Origin: a virus
Taxonomy: Duplodnaviria; Caudoviricetes
Direction: 5' to 3' (one strand)
DNA: 64,000 nucleotides
Virus record (IMG/VR): IMGVR_UViG_3300035556_000130
Span: 6,281 to 70,280 of that record
Positions 38,778-48,794 of this stretch are shown piece by piece. Position 1 is the first letter of the stretch. Each line of letters begins with the position of its first letter. The translations under genes and the position numbers were made by a program. The notes under the pieces are model-generated. The model had not been told where the DNA came from, did not search any database, and was given only the letters and a program-made list of their open reading frames with translations.

Positions 38778-39130
38778 TCCCGCTTCGCCTCCATCTTGCG
38801 GGCAGCTTCGGCCAGGCGGCGCAATACTGTGCCACATTCGGTCGATATCCGGGAATGCTCGCCTTCGTGTATTCGGGCCAGAAAAATCAGGACCTCCGCA
38901 TCCCCTTCCTGAAAAGCCCCCAGGACATCCAGGAGAACCGGAGCGGCATTGCGGAGTGCGACAACCAGATCTATCTCCGGTGCGTTGGCGTTGATGCCAT
39001 AAGGCGTCATGAGCGGGTACCTATTAGGGGATTTCACACAATAGATACTTCCACAGTCACCTTTGGACCATTCGGGCTCTGCTGCCTCCTCCAGCTCCTT
39101 GAGCTGAGCCACGTCCTCGATTAATGTCAT
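38774..39130 (-). CDS. Ea22-like phage protein
   Basis: LKELEEAA..EW...DLVVALRNAAPVLLD; GGAGG upstream of ATG 39130. Confidence 0.6.
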   Translation of the reverse strand: MTLIEDVAQLKELEEAAEPEWSKGDCGSIYCVKSPNRYPLMTPYGINANAPEIDLVVALRNAAPVLLDVLGAFQEGDAEVLIFLARIHEGEHSRISTECGTVLRRLAEAARKMEAKRE

Positions 39131-39510
39131 CTCGTTTCCTCCTTTGGCCGGAAATGTTCGCAGTGGTGACAAGGCGTGTTGATTTCCACGAAAATTCCGT
39201 GCCAATAGCACATATACAATTGGAGTCCGCCATGCGCGCCCCCCTCTTCCGCTTCCTTGCACAGCCACGGCAGCTGGCGCTCAGGTTTCAGATTGGCGGG
39301 GTCGAAGGTCATCTCGCTTCCTCCTCCATTTCCATCATCGTTTGTGCGAACGCTTTCCAGATTGAACTCTTGTGTCTCTATCATGTCTGCCGTTTGCCTT
39401 AGCAGACCCGCCAACTCTTGTCGAATCACCGGACTTTCATCTACTATTCCCGGTGATTGCAAAAGATGTGCCATGCCCTCACCGGTGAGGATAATTCTTT
39501 GATCAATCAT
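39127..39510 (-). CDS. Hypothetical protein; N-terminal part paralogous to the 41320 ORF
   Basis: GMAHLLQSPGI..ESPVIRQELAGLLRQTADMIETQEF; GGAGGT upstream of ATG 39510. Confidence 0.6.
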   Translation of the reverse strand: MIDQRIILTGEGMAHLLQSPGIVDESPVIRQELAGLLRQTADMIETQEFNLESVRTNDDGNGGGSEMTFDPANLKPERQLPWLCKEAEEGGAHGGLQLYMCYWHGIFVEINTPCHHCEHFRPKEETR

Positions 39511-39619
39511 ACCGAACCTCCACAAAATCGTCGCACCCCGCTTCCAGTTCGCACAAATCCCGGTGCTCACGACCGTCCGCCCAAGGAAGCCCAGGGATAA
39601 ATCCCTGGGCGCGCATTGT

Positions 39620-40951
39620 TTATACCAATTTTTTAAATATACATTCGGTATCATGAGAACAAATCCCAATGTCATCCGCGAGTTGTTCATGTGGACAACC
39701 ACAAGCATTCCATATCGTCTTAACCATATCCCAAGCACTGCATCGATATTGATTGTTCGTCGTTGGGGGCTGATAAGCTTCCGGGCATACGCTCGCAAAA
39801 TCTGGCATAACCTTCGGCACATCAACAATCCAAATGAAATTATGTTCTGGATATTGAAGAACGCCACCAATTGAAACATTCCAGTTAATCAGTCCCCATC
39901 CTTTCGCATATGTAGTAATTTCGCTGAGCACGATATTACCATTTGTATCCAGATGATCGAATGTTAATTGTATTGAATCTCGAATTCCGACCGATCCACC
40001 CCAGTCACAAGTAAATTTTTTAAGAAGTTCGCGCGTGAATCCGGGACCACACCAAGGATAACATGGAGTTTTATTGTTGTGCCATGATGTACCCTCTGAA
40101 TTGGAACAATCCAGTATTTCACCAACGGTCCAGAACCGTTTCATCCATTTGGCCGGTTTATGTGTATCAGATTCCCGCATTGAAAATCGGCATGCTTCAC
40201 CGCAATCTACGTTTGGTTGTGAATCCTCACAATCGTAAACATGTCGTACCAATTGCTCGGATGCAACATATTTCGAAAATTCGAAATTCCATGATAATCC
40301 CCATTTAACCACGAAACAATCAATGTCACCATTGGCGTGATGGTAAAACCAATAGCAATGTTCACCATTGGTCTGATTTTGTGACACACATTTTTCAACA
40401 GTATCATCACAAAGTATGTATTCCAATATATCAACGGTTTCTGGCATTGTAACGATTGCTTGTTGATACTCTGGAAGTCCATCTGGCCGACTAAGTTCAG
40501 GCCAAAATACTCCGGGACCAATGCCATCGTTACAGTATGCCCATACATAATATTTATTATCTGAGTGATGATGAAAACAAAATTGCCCTCCCCATCCGCC
40601 CGGAGGGTAATATGCCGTTATGTACTGGCCGACCAGGTTGGGAGCATCTAACCCATGCACTCCATCCGGACACCATATCAGATATGAATTATTTCCTGGT
40701 ATCCACTGGAAAGCAAATTTTTCATTCGGGCCTACGGTGAGCGAATTAAATAATATCGTGGAGCCACCACCGTTAGTAGCACTCATAAATTTTCCGTTGG
40801 GTGCTCGTAACGCAAACACGTTACCGCCCTGTGGATACAATTTTATCATATCCATGTCGTTTGGCCAGGATTCATAAGGCTTAATTTGAATCCCATCTCC
40901 ATTTCTTAAAGTTAGAAATGGTCCCCATGCGTTTCTAACAAGTTCTGTCAT
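39620..40951 (-). CDS. Protein with N-terminal fascin-like beta-trefoil domain
   Basis: FALRAPNGKFMSATNGGGSTI..NSLTVGPNEKFAF. Confidence 0.7.
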   Translation of the reverse strand: MTELVRNAWGPFLTLRNGDGIQIKPYESWPNDMDMIKLYPQGGNVFALRAPNGKFMSATNGGGSTILFNSLTVGPNEKFAFQWIPGNNSYLIWCPDGVHGLDAPNLVGQYITAYYPPGGWGGQFCFHHHSDNKYYVWAYCNDGIGPGVFWPELSRPDGLPEYQQAIVTMPETVDILEYILCDDTVEKCVSQNQTNGEHCYWFYHHANGDIDCFVVKWGLSWNFEFSKYVASEQLVRHVYDCEDSQPNVDCGEACRFSMRESDTHKPAKWMKRFWTVGEILDCSNSEGTSWHNNKTPCYPWCGPGFTRELLKKFTCDWGGSVGIRDSIQLTFDHLDTNGNIVLSEITTYAKGWGLINWNVSIGGVLQYPEHNFIWIVDVPKVMPDFASVCPEAYQPPTTNNQYRCSAWDMVKTIWNACGCPHEQLADDIGICSHDTECIFKKLV

Positions 40952-41080
40952 TTTCTTAATCCTCCAACATTTTAGAATAACATATCACCATTTTAATGCA
41001 TTCAGCTCGTCCATTGTCGAATGGATCAATCTTGTGAATGGCGACGGACAAGTCCACGAGTTCTTTTTCAGAATAGATGA

Positions 41081-41323
41081 TCATTCGAATACCTCTGGCA
41101 ATTCGCCCCGAAGCTGTTCGCGGGCTTGTTCCATACCATCTTTCAGATGACTGAACAGCCGCCAATACCGCTCGGTGATCAGCTTCTCCTTCAGGAGAGT
41201 GTTCTCTCGTTCTGCCTTTTGCGCCCTGCGCCGAAGATTGTTGCAATTCTCCAATACAGAATCAAAGAGGTCGGTGGCCTCTGACCGTGGCCTCCGGCAG
41301 CAGCAATATTTAGCAAGTCTCAT
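41081..41323 (-). CDS. Hypothetical protein, paralogue of the 37949 ORF
   Basis: Shared NCN.LR.RAQKAE..N..LKEKL and AR.QLR.E.PEV. Confidence 0.7.
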   Translation of the reverse strand: MRLAKYCCCRRPRSEATDLFDSVLENCNNLRRRAQKAERENTLLKEKLITERYWRLFSHLKDGMEQAREQLRGELPEVFE

Positions 41324-41583
41324 TGCTTCACCTTTACCTTATCGGCAACCCCTCTCTCTCTCACGCTGTACATCTCCCTCAGGGTTTCCGCGAATGCTTT
41401 TCCGCGTACTGCTATTTCATCGTCGAATTGCTGTGTTTCCAGCATTGTTGCCGCCAACCTCAATATGTATGCAAGTTCTCGTCTGACAATTGGTTCCTCT
41501 GATTCGATCCCTGGGACGGATAATAAGCATACCATCCCTTTCAATGCTTGACTCATTGCATATAATTCTTCGTTTTTCGTCAA
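41320..41583 (-). CDS. Hypothetical protein, paralogue of the 39127 ORF
   Basis: GMVCLLSVPGIESEEPIVRRELAYILRLAATMLETQQF; TTG 41583 overlaps the upstream stop. Confidence 0.65.
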   Translation of the reverse strand: MTKNEELYAMSQALKGMVCLLSVPGIESEEPIVRRELAYILRLAATMLETQQFDDEIAVRGKAFAETLREMYSVRERGVADKVKVKQ

Positions 41584-42392
41584 TCTACATTCCCCACGGC
41601 GTTGAAAGATTTTACTGCTCGATTGCAATAGACCTCATGCCATATCTTGCCCAGCCGTATTGTTTTGTGCTCGGGGTGGCGTACGGTTCCTCTGGCATAA
41701 TATTTGCCATCGATTTGCCGTAGTTCTGTGGCGGTATGCGCATGCCCGGTTCCAGCTCCTGGGAAATGTTTTGTCAGGTCATTTTGATCCTTTGGAACTG
41801 GTGTTAGGTTTTTGGTCGCCATGTCCGTGGGAACAAAGAAAAACTCCCCCTGCCGGATATATGGGAGACTCTTATCCAGCCCAACCGGAAACAACAAATC
41901 AAACGCTTCGTCAACCGTGGATGCCGGCTCGGGAAGCTCCACCAGGAAATATCCTCTGTATCCTTTTGCTCCGGTGTCGATGGAGCTGAGATAATGTTTG
42001 CCGTCGTGCTCAAATACAGCTGACCCAAGTCGATGTTCTGTATATTTCACCATTTCACCGGTTGTTGGATCTTTTCGCATTCTGTCGATGTATTGATCAT
42101 CATTGCGATCAATTACATTGATTTGTCTGACATCCTCTGCTACTTGTCTTAGAGCTGAGAATGGGATTATCACATTCGGTTTTAATGTCCGTATACAGAT
42201 TGAAGTATGTGTTGATGTTGATGAGCTATAGGTGTCCCCATTTATTAGATACGTACCACTTGCTAGCCTCACCGCTAAAATAAAATGGTGGCCATAGCTG
42301 TATAACCTGTTGTAATCATCATGGAATATGTGCCTGCTGCTGCCATTCATTCCATTCCTGAATGCTCTTACTGCGTCCTCATTTGATAACAT
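41580..42392 (-). CDS. Conserved phage-type hypothetical protein, 270 aa
   Basis: LYSYGHHF..AV, YSSSTSTH, RQGEFFFVP, GTVRHPEH motifs typical of phage accessory proteins. Confidence 0.7.
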   Translation of the reverse strand: MLSNEDAVRAFRNGMNGSSRHIFHDDYNRLYSYGHHFILAVRLASGTYLINGDTYSSSTSTHTSICIRTLKPNVIIPFSALRQVAEDVRQINVIDRNDDQYIDRMRKDPTTGEMVKYTEHRLGSAVFEHDGKHYLSSIDTGAKGYRGYFLVELPEPASTVDEAFDLLFPVGLDKSLPYIRQGEFFFVPTDMATKNLTPVPKDQNDLTKHFPGAGTGHAHTATELRQIDGKYYARGTVRHPEHKTIRLGKIWHEVYCNRAVKSFNAVGNVD

Positions 42393-42584
42393 TTACCTCA
42401 CCTTCCAGTTCATAAGATAGTTTTCCATCTCTTTCCAGGCATTTTCTACAGACATTGCCTGCAATCTCTCTGCAAATTGTGTTGATATTGGAAATCGATC
42501 TGGTTTTAAGTGTTCACGACCGTAGGGATTTATCCCTGGGAGGAATTGGGCTCTCCCGTAATTGTCCATTCCAGTTTCTGTCAT
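42393..42584 (-). CDS. Hypothetical protein, 63 aa
   Basis: Coupled ORF. Confidence 0.55.
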   Translation of the reverse strand: MTETGMDNYGRAQFLPGINPYGREHLKPDRFPISTQFAERLQAMSVENAWKEMENYLMNWKVR

Positions 42585-42763
42585 TGCGTTACCTCCTCAA
42601 GATCTTTTGACCATTCGGCAATACTTATTCTTGCAGAAGTGTGCTGTAAGAATTTCAAAATAAAGTCTCGATTGCCGGCGTTGAGTGACTGGGCCATTTT
42701 CTGCCCGGTTCGCTCATCGACATAATCCAGGTCAAAAGAAATAGTGAATCTTGTGCATCTCAT
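42581..42763 (-). CDS. Hypothetical protein, 60 aa
   Basis: Coupled ORF. Confidence 0.5.
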   Translation of the reverse strand: MRCTRFTISFDLDYVDERTGQKMAQSLNAGNRDFILKFLQHTSARISIAEWSKDLEEVTQ

Positions 42764-42792
42764 GGTTCTATTAGTCCAGCGATTTTACATCT

Positions 42793-43029
42793 TTATCTGA
42801 AGCACACTCTTGCATATTTTGCAGTGGTTCCATCGCTATGCTTCACGGCGACTCCCGTCTTGTCTGAGGACACTATTTTTCCTCCGTTATATGGCTCTCC
42901 GACAAGATACACTTTCTCGTGATCACATTCTTCAAACGGGCCACAAAAAAATGGGCACCAATTGCCGCAAGGTTCGCTACAATAACACTCGTCTATTATG
43001 TACTTGTCACTAAATTCTTTCTTGTCCAT
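42793..43029 (-). CDS. Cys-rich hypothetical protein, 78 aa
   Basis: GAGGT upstream; five Cys in the N-terminal half plus a His. Confidence 0.55.
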   Translation of the reverse strand: MDKKEFSDKYIIDECYCSEPCGNWCPFFCGPFEECDHEKVYLVGEPYNGGKIVSSDKTGVAVKHSDGTTAKYARVCFR

Positions 43030-43095
43030 AAAATTACCTCATGGCCGCTCCAGGATTGTGGTTCCCTTTCAGCCTATCCTTTTGGGAGGGGTAGC

Positions 43096-43416
43096 TTACT
43101 GTTCATCGGGTACTTGAAACACCATTTGCTTTTCGTAGTCAATCGATTTTACCCACTCCCTTACAGTTTTGATCCTATCCTGCAATCTTTTTATGAACTC
43201 ATCGCTTCCAAACTCGCCAAGTGGTTCAAATGTAAACTCTTGATGTATGTCTCCTTTCCAAAATTTAGCGTGTTGCTGGAATATCCCTAGCCCAGCTTCG
43301 CTAGTTGTGTTCGTCAAGAGTCTCGATGCCATATGATACGGATATTCTATCCCGTTAAGATAGATTTTTTCGTATGCATGCCCGTCTTTTACTCCTCTCA
43401 CCATCTTTATTTCCAT
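43096..43416 (-). CDS. Hypothetical protein, 106 aa
   Basis: GAGGTGA upstream. Confidence 0.65.
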   Translation of the reverse strand: MEIKMVRGVKDGHAYEKIYLNGIEYPYHMASRLLTNTTSEAGLGIFQQHAKFWKGDIHQEFTFEPLGEFGSDEFIKRLQDRIKTVREWVKSIDYEKQMVFQVPDEQ

Positions 43417-43553
43417 TTTTATTCACCTCGTCTTATCTACAACAGATCCTTGATTTGCTGTTCCAATATTCTCGCCAAGTTGTTCCGGTATTCGTTCTCA
43501 TGCTTTTCCAGCAGCCAATAATGGCGATATCGTTTCCATTTCCATGATACCAG

Positions 43554-44030
43554 TTAACACGCCCCGGTAATTTTTTTATTTTCATCAATTACCCCTCGAT
43601 AGTTGTATGGTCCTCGACGGCCTTCGGAAATGCTTTTATCATAGTTTGCCAATTCGTCCGGGTCGTCAAAAACTCGATAATATGTGAAAGTTGTTAAGAT
43701 AGCTCCGATATTTTTGGTGAGGTTTGCCCCCATTCTTATCGAGGTATCCAGGCCAACGACCCGGCCATCTCCAACTGGAATGATTATGTAGCAATGGTCA
43801 CCAGGGTCAGGGGTCGTGCGGACTACGATCTTGGGGTTATATCCGCGATCTTCGAAGAATTGCCAGTTGGCACTTGCCATGTCCGCACAATCAAAGACGT
43901 CCTCCTCCCAAGCCCAATTGAAATGATGGGAATTGACCAGATCTTCAACTTCTGCCAGATCCCCACTTGCTGGAATCAAAACTATCAGCAATATCGTCAA
44001 TATTTTTAACATGCGATTGCCTATCGACAT
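43554..44030 (-). CDS. Secreted transglutaminase/papain-like protein
   Basis: Signal-like N-terminus; FDCADMA (Cys) and GDHCYII (His); related to the 59561 ORF. Confidence 0.65.
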   Translation of the reverse strand: MSIGNRMLKILTILLIVLIPASGDLAEVEDLVNSHHFNWAWEEDVFDCADMASANWQFFEDRGYNPKIVVRTTPDPGDHCYIIIPVGDGRVVGLDTSIRMGANLTKNIGAILTTFTYYRVFDDPDELANYDKSISEGRRGPYNYRGVIDENKKITGAC

Positions 44031-44461
44031 TAATTTTCCTCCTCCGCATCTATTGCTTTTTCAACACAACGAAGCGAGCAAAAGTTGCCCGCATCTGGAT
44101 CATTCGCGATAGTGTATGTGTCATTTTCGTCTAATAAATCTCCACACATATCGCATTTTGGCAATCCGTTGTAGAACTTTTCAACCTCGGTCCTGAGATT
44201 TTCAATTTCTTCTGGTTCACCTTCGATCATGTCAAAGTGGCCGAAGGATATCCCAATCGATTTGTCAGGGCAATCTGTTTTCCAGGCGTTTTGAACAGCA
44301 ATTGCCGCGTCCAAGGCTTCCCTTGGATCGTCGTATTCCCCCTCCTCTGGATACTTGGACATCAACATATCTGATCCTGAATAGTCGATACTTGGATATG
44401 CTATTTCTACTATGTACTCTCCGGAGTAGAAATAGTGCTGCCTGCTCACGATAAATTTCAT
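44030..44461 (-). CDS. Hypothetical protein with C-terminal Zn finger
   Basis: KCDMCG...FCSLRC. Confidence 0.65.
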   Translation of the reverse strand: MKFIVSRQHYFYSGEYIVEIAYPSIDYSGSDMLMSKYPEEGEYDDPREALDAAIAVQNAWKTDCPDKSIGISFGHFDMIEGEPEEIENLRTEVEKFYNGLPKCDMCGDLLDENDTYTIANDPDAGNFCSLRCVEKAIDAEEEN

Positions 44462-44463
44462 TT

Positions 44464-44865
44464 CTAGGCCACCACCTTTGCGCTCGGGAAGGCGGCAACT
44501 ATGGCCTCATCATATTCGCCGGCCCAGAAAGGCTGATTGCCGGGAAGGGGGTTTATGGGAGCGTTGACGTAGAAGCGGAGTTTGCGCTCCTCTTTCAGGG
44601 CCCTGAGTTTGGCGAGAATGGCCTCATCAGGTTTGCCGCCGACGACCTGGACGGCAATCATGGGTTTGCCTTTGTGCTCGTAGCGAACGATGAGGAGCTT
44701 ATCGGAGACCTTATCGGTTGGTGTTTTGACCTTTTTGCGTTCCTTGATTATTGGCTGGCGATTAGCGGTGCTGGCAAAAACTAGCATGGAGCTAAGGACT
44801 GCCTCATCATTGATCTGTTCAATCATCTCTACAAGTTTTTTCCTAAGGATCTCTATTTTGGTCAT
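44464..44865 (-). CDS. Hypothetical protein, 133 aa (first gene of the operon)
   Basis: GGAG upstream; TATA-like element near 44995-45000. Confidence 0.65.
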   Translation of the reverse strand: MTKIEILRKKLVEMIEQINDEAVLSSMLVFASTANRQPIIKERKKVKTPTDKVSDKLLIVRYEHKGKPMIAVQVVGGKPDEAILAKLRALKEERKLRFYVNAPINPLPGNQPFWAGEYDEAIVAAFPSAKVVA

Positions 44866-45009
44866 TGAAGTCCACTCCTTTGTTACTTTTCAGTGGGTCA
44901 TCTATGGCGGTGGCCCATCTGAGTAATTAGGGGGTCTGGCAAGGGGAGTATGTCTTGCCAGGTTTCCTCTTGGGAGGAAACTATTATTGGAAAAATATAA
45001 TTTCAACCG

Positions 45010-45800
45010 GAGCCCTGGCCTCCCCTAGGCAAGAGCTCTTCGTCAACATCGTTCCGGCGCCCGTATCAGGCCCTTTCGCTGTCGGCTACTTGGGCATACG
45101 GGCTAGATCGGTAGTAAGGGCATTTGGGGTCTTTGGCGATTACCCTATGGTTCGGCCAGATTTTTGGTGAGATGGCGTCTCTTGATCTGGTTTACACTAA
45201 TCGCCGCATCAGGGCCAGTCAAATCCCTGAATCGATCAGCCTGGCCGGATCAGAGTTTGATCAATCAGTTTGGCGGGAGAATATCTTTTTCGTCGGCACC
45301 ATCTAGGGGAGATGGTCGTGATCATTTTTCTCTCCCTCGGCTCGTCACTCTGGACTGGTCCATTTCCCTGATTGACTCTGAAGAGTTGAGCTGATCTTTG
45401 TGCTTTGGGCTTTTGGGTGGAGCCATTGCCGTTTTTCGGAGTTCCGCTCCGACGTTGAGCCTAATCTACGGAATGAATACCGATTGGCGATTAGGACGGC
45501 GAACCATTGGATTGTGGTATTGGCTGCTTTTGGCTCTTGGGGGCTTATGGGAAAATCGGGAAAAGGTTTGCCATCTGATGCCTTTTCCGTATTCCCTGCT
45601 CCGAAGTTGCTCTCAATCACCTCTTTGGGGTTTTGTGGTCACGCTGGCGATACATTGTGATTCTGAATTCCAAACCGCCCGGCAACAGGGATCTCATTTC
45701 CAGGGAGTTCCTAGAGATCGCCGGTTTTGGCCTGCCTGCTCTATTTGGAAGTTGGTGTTTTGTGCTCCGGTGGTTGGATTTTCACCTTCGCACAATACCT
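45010..45800 (-). ncRNA. Candidate long structured non-coding transcript
   Basis: TATA-like TTTATATC at 45823-45816 on the minus strand, no convincing ORF, several inverted repeats. Confidence 0.25.
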
Positions 45801-45859
45801 CTCTTAGGCCTTGAGGATATAAAGTTAACTGAACAACTATGCTCAACGGTGATCGATAA

Positions 45860-47030
45860 TGCGATGTTTTGAGGGATGATGTACATATGTGTACATTGGG
45901 AGGTTGGGCGAGGGATGCCTTTATGGCGGCTGATATGGGTTTTACGTGGCGATATGTGGGCGAATTCGATGGCAGGCGGCGATGGAATATACGTACGCGC
46001 GCGTATATCTATATATAGTGTGATGGATGGTGATTTTGTGGGATATATGGGGTCAATGTGGGCGACGGATAGCTGTTTTGAGATGGATATGGGATATATA
46101 TGGGATAGATGAGGGATGAACGAAATTAAATAAAAATGAATGAAATTGAACGAAAATTTTAAAAATGAAATTAATTATGTTTACTATTATAGGCCATATT
46201 CGGATATAAAACAATATAGTGGGCTGCCCTTTCCCAATGCCCACAAGCAGCCATTGGCGCATTGAGCCCGGCAACGGTGCTTGAAGATAAGCATTGGGGG
46301 GTTGGCAGGTGCATTGATGTACAAATGCGTACATTGGTTCAAGGCCAGGAACATAGCCCTAGAACCGTCCCAACAGGTCCATGCCACTATTAATGCGCCA
46401 ATACCCAGATTAGTCCATATAGGGTTATATGCGGGCTGCCCGGCCCAGATCTGAGGATGGTTGAAGGTCCACGTCTCGGCATGATCCGGTCTAGCCCAAT
46501 ATCGAGCAATCGGCGTATATCGAGTTCATATGAGACTCATATCATCACTAGTGACCGAATCTGTGCATCGATGAGCACGAGCCGGCAAGGATGGACATTT
46601 TTGGGCATTGATGCCCGCCTGTTTTATGGAGTGTTCTTTCAGATACATGGATGTTCACATCTATACAATATAAGAGAGAGAGGACCGAATAGGTCAGCGT
46701 TAGCTGACCATTCCCCTCCGGCGGAGGGGATTGAGGGGAGGGACCAGAAAGTTCCTACGAAACTTTCGGGTTGGGACAAACCATTGTCACCAACTCACGG
46801 ACTACAGCATAACCTAACCACAACCCAACCACTAACCAAATAGCATCGCGGCATATACACCAACAACCAGGACCCACAACCCACATAAAACAATCTAACC
46901 CCAGCAACACCACTACAAATAATATACTTACAGCCTCAACCCTATAATAAAAAATTGGATTATTTTCGAAAAATTTCAAAAATTTTCGCAGTTGTCGATT
47001 TCAAAAAATAAATATCCGTTGACGTAATGT
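45860..47030. other. Non-coding control region with mirrored base skew, repeats and hairpins
   Basis: G-rich top strand on the left, C/A-rich on the right; 11-bp inverted repeat 46253/46392; GGGCTGCCC x2; three hairpins at 46692-46770. Confidence 0.6.
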
Positions 47031-47264
47031 CTACAGTAATCGATTTCTCATAGATCGCCATCCGTAGCGTAGTTTTCTCAATAACCAACAACCGGTGGAC
47101 CCATTTTCGTGCTTGACAGCGAGGCTTTCCCAAAAAAGGTTTGTCTCAGCAACTGCTTTAATCCTCCATTCCGCATACTCTTCCGGGGTGAGGTCATCCG
47201 GTCTGAACACAAGGACCCCATTAATTACCTCGGAAGTCACTTTAGAAATTGTCCATCCCTCCAT
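47031..47264 (-). CDS. Hypothetical protein, 77 aa
   Basis: GGAGG upstream. Confidence 0.55.
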   Translation of the reverse strand: MEGWTISKVTSEVINGVLVFRPDDLTPEEYAEWRIKAVAETNLFWESLAVKHENGSTGCWLLRKLRYGWRSMRNRLL

Positions 47265-47686
47265 GCCCCGATATACCTCAAATAATCCTCAACCTCGCAT
47301 ATTCTCAAGTTCAGAACCTTAGCCAATTTAATAACTACGTCCTGGTCATCCATCTCCGGCAATTCGCCCGTTGATGTATCACAGTAAATCGTCGGCCCGG
47401 CTAAATAAGGATACATCCGACAAATCATAGGTCTGCTCTGATATATCCGACATCCATCCTTATAAAACTCACATGGGGCGACATTCTTCAACATCCACCT
47501 ATCGTCTCCACTATTGTGAACCGAAAAATAGCGTTTCGCAGCCAGTTCTAACGGAATCCTAAACCTCTTCGCAATCCGCATAGCATCCCTGGGATAAATG
47601 TCAATTGTTGTCGATTTAGTACAACAATCACCACATTTCCTGCAATTGCTCATTATCTGTCTGATAGCACGCTCTTTCCACTTCAT
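47237..47686 (-). CDS. YkgJ/UPF0153-family Cys-cluster (Fe-S or Zn) protein
   Basis: CRKCGDCC...PCEFYKDGCRIYQSRPMICRMYP. Confidence 0.85.
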   Translation of the reverse strand: MKWKERAIRQIMSNCRKCGDCCTKSTTIDIYPRDAMRIAKRFRIPLELAAKRYFSVHNSGDDRWMLKNVAPCEFYKDGCRIYQSRPMICRMYPYLAGPTIYCDTSTGELPEMDDQDVVIKLAKVLNLRICEVEDYLRYIGAWRDGQFLK

Positions 47687-47843
47687 TTACCAATCTCCTT
47701 GCCACAAAAAGGACAATAAACCAACTGATAATAAGTCATATCATGCCCTATAAACAGAACCCCGTTCCTGCTCCGTATCACCATGGCATGAATAGACGAC
47801 CTCATAGTATCACAGCAAATGCACATGACTCGCGGCAATGTGG

Positions 47844-48227
47844 TCATAGCTTAAAAAACATATCCTCGTCATCGTACTTCGGTTCCTTGATTGCAAAATA
47901 CTCAGACATAAATGAACTAACCATCGGCTCTGTATATCCTTTTCTGGCCTTCTCCCTATCGCAGATAGTCATATTAATAACCCATATACCGCTCCCTCGA
48001 ACCCGGCGTTCCTGTCCAGCAACCACATGAGTTTTTAGACCCTGAGAAACAGCTACCTTACCCACAAGGTGCTCCATATAATCAGGTAATATCGTGTTCT
48101 CATTGTAGTCCCTGGCAAGGATGGAGTTGCCGACAATCTGCCCTCCATCCCCCGTCTTGGCCGGAGTACTGCTCTGCAAGTTTACCATGCTCATCTTCAA
48201 CATCATTTCTCGTCCCACCTCAGACAA
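47844..48227 (-). CDS. Hypothetical protein, 127 aa
   Basis: Coupled ORF. Confidence 0.55.
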   Translation of the reverse strand: MSEVGREMMLKMSMVNLQSSTPAKTGDGGQIVGNSILARDYNENTILPDYMEHLVGKVAVSQGLKTHVVAGQERRVRGSGIWVINMTICDREKARKGYTEPMVSSFMSEYFAIKEPKYDDEDMFFKL

Positions 48228-48567
48228 TTCCCTGAACTATGTTATTGATCACCACATAATCGGGCGATATGATCAACATTGCCACGTCTACCATTTTTAA
48301 CAAAAGCACAATCAAGATAGCCGCCACGATAAGCGTGACTATGAATGCACCCTCAAATGTAAGCCTATGGTATTTATCATGCACACAGCCCACGGTGTAG
48401 AACGCAACCAGGGTCACCAGTAAAATCCATACCATTGCTGCAATTAAGTGGAGGATTCCAGACATAACCGTGCCCTGCACCAGGACTTCATAGGAATATC
48501 CCGCTGACTGATTGATCTGCAAAACAACGTCTTGTAGAACAGCTAATTCGCTACCGGTCAGACTCAA
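48220..48567 (-). CDS. Membrane protein with two hydrophobic helices
   Basis: ILHLIAAMVWILLVTLVAFY and AFIVTLIVAAILIVLLL. Confidence 0.7.
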   Translation of the reverse strand: MSLTGSELAVLQDVVLQINQSAGYSYEVLVQGTVMSGILHLIAAMVWILLVTLVAFYTVGCVHDKYHRLTFEGAFIVTLIVAAILIVLLLKMVDVAMLIISPDYVVINNIVQGIV

Positions 48568-48790
48568 TTATATCACCGTCTTCCTCAAATAGCTTTTTCA
48601 GTTGTCGTACCTTATCACGAACACAATCTATCCTGCGTATGTAAAATAAATGATGTCCATGGTTGGGGTCATCCGCAACAATCTTGTCCATTTTATCTAG
48701 CCTGGCGTTAATTTCTTTTATCTCATCCACTAGCTCCAACGCAGTGCCCCCCATAATATATTGGCTACCCTTGTACAGAATTTGTTTCAT
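48551..48790 (-). CDS. Hypothetical protein, about 79 aa
   Basis: ATG 48790 with a G-rich RBS. Confidence 0.55.
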   Translation of the reverse strand: MKQILYKGSQYIMGGTALELVDEIKEINARLDKMDKIVADDPNHGHHLFYIRRIDCVRDKVRQLKKLFEEDGDIIESDR

Positions 48791-48794
48791 TTTA

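Noticed and set aside
45050-45220. CTGAT and CGAAA motifs suggesting a hammerhead ribozyme on the minus strand
   Set aside because: Cores read CUGAUAC and CUGAUGC rather than CUGANGA, and the three stems could not be built
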